Positions 25,455-32,000 of a DNA stretch of 32,000 bases are shown one piece after another (position 1 is the stretch's first letter; each line of letters opens with the position of its first letter). Below the pieces are notes generated by a model. It was not told where the DNA came from, did not search any database, and saw only the letters and a program-made list of their open reading frames with translations. Where the stretch lies: assembly GCA_007095475.1 (NCBI GenBank), contig SFCA01000133.1:1-32000 (forward strand). The letters run 5' to 3'. This stretch comes from Microcystis aeruginosa Ma_QC_C_20070703_M131 (GTDB taxonomy: Bacteria > Cyanobacteriota > Cyanobacteriia > Cyanobacteriales > Microcystaceae). Both the position numbers and the translations under genes were made by a program.

Positions 25455-25553
25455 GTAGGGTTTGTGTTTGCGGCCACCAATTCTGTTAAAAAAACAAAAT
25501 CAATAATCTGCACCCCACGCACCAACTTTGTCATTAAATTGGTGCGTTACTAC
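25455..25553 (+). repeat. ~100-bp repeat, right copy flanking the DUF433/DUF5615 pair
   Basis: gtagggtttgtgtttgcggccaccaattctg...ttaaattggtgc aligns with 24661-24758. Confidence 0.75.
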
Positions 25554-25604
25554 GATTAATTTTCTCACTGGATTGACCGAAGGAAACGCAACACACATTA
25601 GATA

Positions 25605-25799
25605 GGGTTTGCCGAAAAAGCTTTTCGTGGGGTTAGGAGTCAGTCCCGATGAAAAAATTTTCACCACCACAGATGAAAGAGGTTTCTTTCCCTACACCCG
25701 TTCGGCTGAGCTCACGGCCGAAGCCCACACCCGTTCGGACCTCGGCCATCTATATATATTGGGTTTGCTAAAAAGCTTTTCGTGGGGTTAGGAGTCAGT
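25605..25799 (+). repeat. Pair of 39/40-bp direct repeats (copies 3 and 4 of the GGTTTGC.AAAAAGCTTTTCGTGGGGTTAGGAGTCAGT family) bracketing a 116-bp spacer
   Basis: 25605-25644 reads gggtttgccgaaaaagcttttcgtggggttaggagtcagt. 25761-25799 reads gggtttgctaaaaagcttttcgtggggttaggagtcagt. The spacer contains cacccgttcgg twice. Confidence 0.85.
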
Positions 25800-26430
25800 A
25801 TTCAGTGATCAGATGCGGGTTTTCAGTTCACTGTTTACTGTTCACAGCAAAAAACTCCCTACTCCCTGCTCCTTTATACCTTTTAAACAGGATTTAGTAT
25901 TAGCATCCATTAACATTTCTGATTCTATAGTTAAGTTTGGCTAATAACAGCTTGTTTTTAGTTTTTTGTCAAGCCCCTATTATAATTTTTAATCTCTGAC
26001 CCTTAGTCCCATTGAACATTGATCTTAAAAATCTGGTTTTTTGTAGCGAAGACAACAGTTTTATTAACCATTATCTGCTGCTATAGAGGGAATTCGGGGA
26101 GGGCTGATAATCCTTGAAACCCTTATCAATACTAGCATTATTCCCTCTCAAAATTTCACTAATTCCCCAAGTTTTCCTAACCTTGCCCCCCCTAGGACAC
26201 AAAAAATTAAAAACTTACCATCCTAACTTGGTTTTTGGCGCAAGTCAACCCTTTATTTAAATTTTTGATTCTTTTTGCCGATAACGATATAAATTCTCGT
26301 AATGACCAACCAATTTTCCGTGATACGGTTGAACAGAAAGCAACCAAGTTAGCTCTGCAAGCAAAAAGGAATGTTAGCAAATTCCTTCAGCTTTGCATTG
26401 GGAACTTGCTAACGCACAATAAGAAAGTCT

Positions 26431-27168
26431 ATGAATAAACAACTGATCAACAAACTACAAGCTGTAACTGCCCTTACCGTAGTGGGGACTACAGCCTCGA
26501 TAATTTGTTCCCAGACAGCAGGACACAGCAACAGCCTGACGGATATTAGCGTAGGTCGTCAAACTGTTATCGAGCCAACCACTCAAACCGTTCTGTCCGC
26601 TTTTTCTAATAGTCGAACATTCGATTCAGATATTAGAGTATCACGTTCGGTTCAAGATAATGCTAACGAAATTCTAAAAACTTTGGAGTCCCTAGTGGAC
26701 AAAGAAAATACCGTCCCAGCAAGCGTTACACCCCGAACCCAAGAGGCCATTCCTTCGACGATACAACCCCAATCACAACCCAATCAAGTCAAGCCGGCCC
26801 CAGCCAGCAATCCTGCCTCAGTCACACCGCCAGAGAAGCCAAAAACAACCCAAGGGACAAAAACCAGCAGTCGCCCCCGTAAACGGGGAATGGCCTCTTG
26901 GTATGGTTCCGGTTTCCACGGTCGTCGCACCGCTAGTGGTGAGACTTTTAACTCTAGTGGTTTAACTGCTGCTCATCGCTATCTACCTTTCGGCACCAAG
27001 GTTAGGGTAACTAATCTGCATAACGGGCGCTCGGTGGTGGTGCGAATTAACGATCGCGGTCCGTTTAGCGGTGGTCGCGTCATCGATCTCTCCAGAGGTG
27101 CGGCAGCGATTATCGGTGTCTTCCAATCGGGAGTTGCCCCAGTGGTCTTGGAAGTTTTAGGCAGATAA
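26431..27168 (+). CDS. rlpA: Septal ring lytic transglycosylase RlpA family protein (DPBB domain)
   Basis: [60 protein letters not shown] is the RlpA double-psi beta-barrel signature. It has an N-terminal signal-like helix and a Pro/Ser-rich linker. Confidence 0.88.
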   Translation: MNKQLINKLQAVTALTVVGTTASIICSQTAGHSNSLTDISVGRQTVIEPTTQTVLSAFSNSRTFDSDIRVSRSVQDNANEILKTLESLVDKENTVPASVTPRTQEAIPSTIQPQSQPNQVKPAPASNPASVTPPEKPKTTQGTKTSSRPRKRGMASWYGSGFHGRRTASGETFNSSGLTAAHRYLPFGTKVRVTNLHNGRSVVVRINDRGPFSGGRVIDLSRGAAAIIGVFQSGVAPVVLEVLGR

Positions 27169-27452
27169 TCAGTTATCAGTGATCAGTAATCAGTGATCAG
27201 TTATCAGTAAACAGTAAGCAGTGAAAAGATAGCACTGTTAATGCTATTCAATACAAAAGATGCGATCGCTTTTGAGAGGAGACAAGCCAGGCAGTGAAAA
27301 GATAGCACTGTTAATGCTATTCAATACCCCTCACTCAATAATGCGTCTTGGAAAATTTAGTACAAATGCTCGGGCTTCCTCCTTATCCCTGACTAAAAAC
27401 TCACATCTGATCACTGGTAACTGGTAACTGATCACTGGTAACTGGTAACTGC
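27168..27452. repeat. Composite repeat: inverted arrays of 7-bp units flanking two perfect 37-bp direct repeats
   Basis: The left array runs 27168 to ~27223 (atcagtt/atcagtg/atcagta units). The right array runs 27408-27452 (ctggtaa/ctgatca units) and is its approximate reverse complement. gcagtgaaaagatagcactgttaatgctattcaatac occurs at 27218-27254 and 27291-27327. Confidence 0.85.
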
Positions 27453-27484
27453 TATAGTGATCCTATTGGGATTTGACGGGGTTT

Positions 27485-28186
27485 ATGTTAGAAATTAACG
27501 ATTTATCGGTTAATTATGGCGGAATAAAGGCATTACAGCAGGTTAGCTTAAGGGTAGAAACGGGGGAAATTGTCACCCTGATTGGAGCGAACGGAGCAGG
27601 AAAAACGACGACTCTAAAGACGATATCTCGGCTTTTAACGGCAAAGACGGGGCGAATAATTTATCAAGGTCAAGATATTACCCATTTACCGCCCCATGAA
27701 ATCGTTAAACGGGGAATTGCCCATAGTCCAGAAGGGAGAAGAATCTTAGCTCGTCAAACAGTCTTGACAAATTTGCAGTTAGGTGCTTATACGAGAAGCG
27801 ATCGCCTAGGAGTAAAAAGTGATATCGAAGAGCAGTGGCAACTTTTTCCCCGACTATCGGAGCGCCGAGAGCAGTTAGCGGGAACCCTAAGCGGTGGGGA
27901 ACAGCAGATGCTGGCGATCGCCAGAGCTTTAATGAGTCGTCCCAAGTTATTGTTACTAGACGAACCCAGTTTAGGACTAGCGCCGCAGATAGTGCGAGAA
28001 ATCTTCAGTATTATCCGTAAATTAAACGAATCGGGAGTAACTATCCTGTTAGTGGAACAAAACGCCCATTTAGCCCTAGAAACTGCCAATCGCGGCTATG
28101 TTTTGGCAGCGGGACGCTTGACTATTGCGGGACAAGCTGGGGATTTACTCAAGGATGAGCGAGTTAAACAAGCTTATTTGGGCTGA
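27485..28186 (+). CDS. livF: Branched-chain/neutral amino acid ABC transporter ATP-binding protein (LivF/NatE type)
   Basis: It has Walker A GANGAGKTTT, the ABC signature LSGGEQQMLAIARAL and Walker B LLLLDEPSLGLAP, with a LivF-like start MLEINDLSVNYGGIKAL. ATG 27485 is preferred over TTG 27473. Confidence 0.9.
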   Translation: MLEINDLSVNYGGIKALQQVSLRVETGEIVTLIGANGAGKTTTLKTISRLLTAKTGRIIYQGQDITHLPPHEIVKRGIAHSPEGRRILARQTVLTNLQLGAYTRSDRLGVKSDIEEQWQLFPRLSERREQLAGTLSGGEQQMLAIARALMSRPKLLLLDEPSLGLAPQIVREIFSIIRKLNESGVTILLVEQNAHLALETANRGYVLAAGRLTIAGQAGDLLKDERVKQAYLG

Positions 28187-28309
28187 TCAATCACAGTGCG
28201 GGGATCATTGAAGAAAATCTATAGTAAAACTTGGTAAAAAATATTAACAAAATTTTACAAAGTCGCCTAGAATGAACACATAACCAAATAGGTATTTTTT
28301 CTTACTGCC

Positions 28310-29971
28310 ATGCTAACGGCTAACTTCCCCTGGCTCACTGCCATCATTTTGCTCCCCTTGCTTGCCTCCTTCCTTATCCCTGTAATCCCCGACAAGGAAG
28401 GAAAAACTGTTCGTTGGTTCGCTCTTGGAGTCGGACTAGCAGACTTTATATTAATGTGCTACGTCTTTTTACAAAAATATGATTTAAGCAACCCCAACCT
28501 ACAATTAGTGGAAAAAATCGATTGGGTTCCCCAAATTGGTTTAAGTTGGGCGGTGTCGGTGGATGGTATCTCGGCACCGTTAGTTTTATTAGCAGGATTG
28601 GTGACAACCCTTTCTATCTTGGCCGCGTGGCAAGTGGACCGCAAACCCCGTTTATTCTACTTCCTGATGCTGTTGCTCTACGCCGCTCAGATTGGTGTTT
28701 TCGTCGCCCAAGACTTATTATTATTCTTCTTAATGTGGGAAATCGAGTTAATTCCCGTTTATCTACTCGTTTCCATCTGGGGTGGTCAAAAACGTCGTTA
28801 TGCCGCCACTAAATTCCTACTCTACACCGCCGCCGCTTCTATCTTCATCCTCGTTGCCGGTCTAGCTATGGCCCTTTACGGTGGTGGTGCCATGACCTTT
28901 GATATGGCGGAATTAGGATTTAAAGATTATCCCCTCGCTTTAGAATTAGTCCTTTACGCCGGTTTATTAATCGCTTTCGGAGTCAAACTGGCCATCTTCC
29001 CCCTCCATACTTGGCTCCCCGATGCTCACGGTGAAGCTTCTGCACCTGTATCGATGATTCTCGCTGGTGTTCTCCTTAAAATGGGTGGTTATGGTTTAAT
29101 CCGCCTTAATATGGGGCTTCTACCCGATGCACACATCTACTTTGCCCCGATTCTAGCGATTCTCGGTGTCGTTAATATTATTTACGGTGCTTTCGCTTCC
29201 TTCGGTCAACAAAACATGAAGCGCCGTCTCGCTTATTCCTCGGTTTCACACATGGGATTCGTCCTTTTAGGGATTGCTTCCTTTACCGATGTGGGTATTA
29301 GCGGCGCTATGTTACAAATGCTCTCCCACGGTTTAATTGCCGCCGTCTTATTCTTCCTTGCTGGTGTCACCTACGACCGCACCCATACCTTAGCTTTAAA
29401 CGAGATGGGTGGGATTGCTCAAGCGATGCCGAAAGTATTCGCTCTCTTTACTGCCGGCGCCATGGCTTCCCTAGCGTTACCCGGAATGAGCGGTTTTGCC
29501 AGTGAAATTACTGTATTTATCGGTGTCACTAGCAGTGACGTTTATAGCCAAACCTTCCGGGTTGTGACTGTTTTCCTCGCTTCCGTTGGTTTAATTCTCA
29601 CCCCGATTTATCTACTCTCCATGCTTCGTCAAGTTTTCTACGGAGATAGTTCTTCCTGCGATATTACTAACATTCTCCCCAACAAAAGCAACGAACAAGC
29701 AGTTTGTTTCGGTACTAGCTGTGTCCTCCCTCATGAATCAGAATATATTGACGCTAAACCCAGAGAAATCTTTATCGCTGTCTCTTTCCTCGCTTTGATT
29801 GTCGCTATCGGTTTTTATCCCCAACTGGCTACCCGTATCTACGATGTGAAAACGGTGGCAGTTAACTCGGAAGTGCGTCAAGCTTACACAGAAATCGCCG
29901 CTACTCGTCAAAATATCTACGCTGAAACTCAACCGGACGTAAGCGCCAAGGTTGCCAGTATATTCCAATAA
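28310..29971 (+). CDS. ndhD: NAD(P)H-quinone oxidoreductase (NDH-1) subunit 4, NdhD family
   Basis: It is polytopic, with conserved antiporter-like segments ([72 protein letters not shown]). I cannot tell which ndhD paralogue it is. Confidence 0.93.
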   Translation: MLTANFPWLTAIILLPLLASFLIPVIPDKEGKTVRWFALGVGLADFILMCYVFLQKYDLSNPNLQLVEKIDWVPQIGLSWAVSVDGISAPLVLLAGLVTTLSILAAWQVDRKPRLFYFLMLLLYAAQIGVFVAQDLLLFFLMWEIELIPVYLLVSIWGGQKRRYAATKFLLYTAAASIFILVAGLAMALYGGGAMTFDMAELGFKDYPLALELVLYAGLLIAFGVKLAIFPLHTWLPDAHGEASAPVSMILAGVLLKMGGYGLIRLNMGLLPDAHIYFAPILAILGVVNIIYGAFASFGQQNMKRRLAYSSVSHMGFVLLGIASFTDVGISGAMLQMLSHGLIAAVLFFLAGVTYDRTHTLALNEMGGIAQAMPKVFALFTAGAMASLALPGMSGFASEITVFIGVTSSDVYSQTFRVVTVFLASVGLILTPIYLLSMLRQVFYGDSSSCDITNILPNKSNEQAVCFGTSCVLPHESEYIDAKPREIFIAVSFLALIVAIGFYPQLATRIYDVKTVAVNSEVRQAYTEIAATRQNIYAETQPDVSAKVASIFQ

Positions 29972-30000
29972 ATTGGCAAGTCTAAAGTGAATAGGTTATT

Positions 30001-30030
30001 AGGAGTAGAAATTCTGCTCCTGATTTTTTT
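30001..30030 (+). terminator. Rho-independent terminator downstream of ndhD
   Basis: The stem AGGAGTAG/CTGCTCCT has 8 bp with one G-U pair. The loop is AAATT, and GA plus seven T (30024-30030) follow. It starts 30 nt after the ndhD stop. Confidence 0.7.
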
Positions 30031-30060
30031 GGCGAGGAGAAAGATGCGAGCATTTATACA

Positions 30061-30091
30061 GAAAACGGGTTTCTCGGAGAAACCCGTTTTC
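30061..30091. repeat. Perfect 15-bp-arm palindrome
   Basis: It reads gaaaacgggtttctc g gagaaacccgttttc. No T-tract follows on either strand, so the function is unclear. It could be a second hairpin of the ndhD 3' region or a protein-binding site. Confidence 0.6.
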
Positions 30092-30193
30092 TACTCAAAA
30101 GGCAAAAAGGGGAATAAATAATCAGTCTTTAATAACCAGATTTAGTATAATATCGTCTCTGGGATCAAAACAAAAGCTTAGAATAGAGAAAAT

Positions 30194-31237
30194 ATGTGGA
30201 CTTTTATTGATTTATTTGCCGGTATAGGAGGATTTAGAATCGCCCTAGAAAATCTCGGTTGTCAATGCGTTTTTTCTTCGGAAATCGATCCTCACTCCCA
30301 AAAGGTTTACTTAGCTAACTATGGTCATTTACCCGATAATCAAGACATCAGAAAATTAGAGGTAAAAACTGTCCCCGATCATGATATACTCTGTGGCGGG
30401 TTTCCCTGTCAAGCGTTTAGTATCGCTGGCAGAAAACACGGTTTTGAAGATGCACGCGGAACCTTATTTTTTGAAGTTGCCCGGATCCTACACGAAAAGA
30501 AACCGAAAGCTTTTATCTTAGAAAATGTCCAGGGTTTAGTCCATCATGATCGAGGTAAAACTTTAAAAACTATTTTAGATATATTAGAAAAGGATTTGCA
30601 TTATTTTGTCCCTAGTCCCCAGATTTTAAATGCCAGATATTTTGGGGTTCCTCAAAACCGTCCCCGAATTTTTATCGTCGGTTTTCGAGAGGATTTAAAT
30701 ATTTACCATTTTTCCTATCCTCAACCAACCCATCAAGAAACTTGTCTCAAAGATATCCTAGAAGAAAAGGAAGTTAGCGTTAAATATTATCTCTCTAATC
30801 AGTATTTAGAAACCTTGTTTAAACACAAGACCAGACACCAAAATAAAGGTAATGGGTTCGGTTATGAGATTATTTCTCCCGATGGTATCGCTAATGCTAT
30901 TGTGGTGGGAGGTATGGGAAAAGAAAGAAATTTAGTTATCGATAAAAGACTGACTAATTTTACTCCCATTACTCGCATTAAGGGAGAGGTAAATAAATTA
31001 TTCGTCCGCAGAATGACCCCCAGAGAATGGGCAAGATTACAGGGATTTACCGATAGTTTTCAGATTGTTGTTAGCGATGTTCAAGCTTATAAACAATTCG
31101 GTAATTCTGTGGCTATTCCCGTAGTAAAAGCGGTGGCAAAGGAGGTGATTAAAGCTTTAGATTTATCCAGAAATTCTCAAGAAAATATCAGGGTTAGAGA
31201 CCTACAGGGGAGACAATTAGAACTATTGTCAATCTGA
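30194..31237 (+). CDS. dcm: DNA (cytosine-5)-methyltransferase
   Basis: All key C5-MTase motifs occur in order: I FIDLFAGIGGF, IV GGFPCQAFSIAGR (catalytic PC), VI ENVQGL, VIII QNRPRIFIVGF, IX RRMTPREWARLQGF and X QFGNSVAIPV. The variable region lies between VIII and IX. Confidence 0.94.
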   Translation: MWTFIDLFAGIGGFRIALENLGCQCVFSSEIDPHSQKVYLANYGHLPDNQDIRKLEVKTVPDHDILCGGFPCQAFSIAGRKHGFEDARGTLFFEVARILHEKKPKAFILENVQGLVHHDRGKTLKTILDILEKDLHYFVPSPQILNARYFGVPQNRPRIFIVGFREDLNIYHFSYPQPTHQETCLKDILEEKEVSVKYYLSNQYLETLFKHKTRHQNKGNGFGYEIISPDGIANAIVVGGMGKERNLVIDKRLTNFTPITRIKGEVNKLFVRRMTPREWARLQGFTDSFQIVVSDVQAYKQFGNSVAIPVVKAVAKEVIKALDLSRNSQENIRVRDLQGRQLELLSI

Positions 31238-31334
31238 GGAACAATAACAATTGTTTCTAGGGTTTTGGGTATATCAAGAATAGTTATTATTGGAACGATG
31301 CGTTCGCTGTTTAAGTAGGGAGGCACAATTATTT

Positions 31335-31399
31335 GTAGGATGGGTTAGCGGTAGCGTAACATGAGCGGGCGTTGGGTTTCATGCTTCAACCCAACCTAC
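31335..31399. repeat. 65-bp palindromic intergenic element (cyanobacterial GTAGG.TGGGTT type)
   Basis: The arms gtaggatgggtt (31335-31346) and aacccaacctac (31388-31399) are complementary with one mismatch. A nested stem gttgggtt/aacccaac lies at 31371-31395. Confidence 0.7.
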
Positions 31400-31629
31400 G
31401 TTCATCTTATATTTAATTCCACCCACCCACTTATGCTTGACTATAACTGGATTAACAGTGGACTTGTTGCATAATTAATTTTCGACAGTTCAAAAATGGG
31501 AAAAATAGCCATGAGGTAAAAATAAAAGAGCAACAGAGGTGATGGTTTCGCCGGTTGTGCTTGTTAAAGGTATCTTTCTTATACTACACTTGTAACATCA
31601 ATAGGTTTTAGTATTTGGGAGAAAAAATT

Positions 31630-31971
31630 ATGCGGACAATCACACGCACCACCACTACCGAGATGGAAGTCACCAGCATTCGTCTGGAAAGAGTCCTCAA
31701 AGACAAGCTGAAAGAGATTTCCGGCAATCAAGGTTATCAAGCACTCATTCGCGATGTCTTATGGAATTTCGTTCAGCAGAAATCAGGAGATTATCGACCG
31801 CAGTTTTGTGCTGGCGATATAAGGGCAGTATTTAACGCTACAGCTAGAAAAAATGAGATTTGCGCTCTTACAGGCAATTTAATCCCCGCTAATGCAACAA
31901 TGTTGTTAGGTTTGACTATCTATGGCGATTTAGTCCCGTTGAGTATGGATAGTTATACCAATTTAAAATAA
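31630..31971 (+). CDS. Hypothetical protein with ribbon-helix-helix-like N-terminus (CopG/antitoxin-like)
   Basis: VTSIRLERVLKDKLKEISGNQGYQALIRDVLWNFV fits a beta-strand/helix/helix RHH pattern. GGGAG lies 8 nt upstream of ATG 31630 (the track start is TTG 31615). The C-terminal half is unassigned. Confidence 0.5.
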   Translation: MRTITRTTTTEMEVTSIRLERVLKDKLKEISGNQGYQALIRDVLWNFVQQKSGDYRPQFCAGDIRAVFNATARKNEICALTGNLIPANATMLLGLTIYGDLVPLSMDSYTNLK

Positions 31972-32000
31972 GTTTGAGTAGGGTGGGGCAAAATCCAGTA

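Noticed and set aside
25609-25791. 60-aa ORF between the DUF5615 gene and rlpA
   Set aside because: It starts and ends inside the two 39-bp direct repeats and covers the cacccgttcgg duplications. It is an artefact of repeat sequence.
26235-26438. 67-aa ORF overlapping the rlpA start
   Set aside because: It uses a non-ATG start (TTG), has no RBS and shows no recognisable motif. I cannot exclude a real small gene, but nothing supports one.
27218-27327. Possible minimal CRISPR array (37-bp repeat, 36-bp spacer, 37-bp repeat)
   Set aside because: There are only two repeat copies. The repeat lacks the typical palindromic core and GAAAC-type end. It is enclosed by inverted heptamer arrays, as in a MITE-like element, and there are no cas genes in the window.
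1-32000. tRNA, rRNA, tmRNA, RNase P RNA or group I/II intron signatures
   Set aside because: I scanned the intergenic regions for T-loop (GGTTCGAATCC-like) and other hallmark strings and found none. This was a manual scan only, so tRNAscan/Infernal should confirm.

Overview
This is a cyanobacterial chromosomal window. The evidence is the HIP1 palindrome GCGATCGC at 11 or more positions by eye, ndhD, hopanoid shc, hemL and cob genes. The dense short dispersed repeats and the DUF29/Uma2/DUF433 gene content look Microcystis-like; that assignment is inference. Core genes, in order: exbB-exbD; a GT-B glycosyltransferase; shc; the rpsB-tsf operon; a tightly coupled blaI-like/blaR1-like/bcp operon; hemL; a DnaA-box cluster upstream of dnaN (candidate oriC); cobK; a cbiG-cobJ fusion coupled to a Uma2 gene; rlpA; a livF-type ATPase; ndhD. 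There are three accessory patches. (i) 13.7-18.4 kb is an AT-rich island between dnaN and cobK. It holds a 245-aa protein and a 666-aa protein of no family I recognise, flanking a thermolysin-family (M4) protease with no visible signal peptide. That protease is split by a 428-bp non-coding insert. (ii) 23.5-25.6 kb holds a small LuxR-type HTH protein, an RTX-repeat protein, and a DUF433/DUF5615 toxin-antitoxin-like pair bracketed by ~100-bp direct repeats. (iii) 30.2-32.0 kb holds a C5 cytosine methyltransferase with no visible restriction partner, followed by a ribbon-helix-helix-like ORF. I saw no rRNA, tRNA, cas genes, real CRISPR array or intact transposase. The best candidate for an undescribed system is the protease-centred island (i). 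Its function is inference only, and the protease looks inactivated in this genome.
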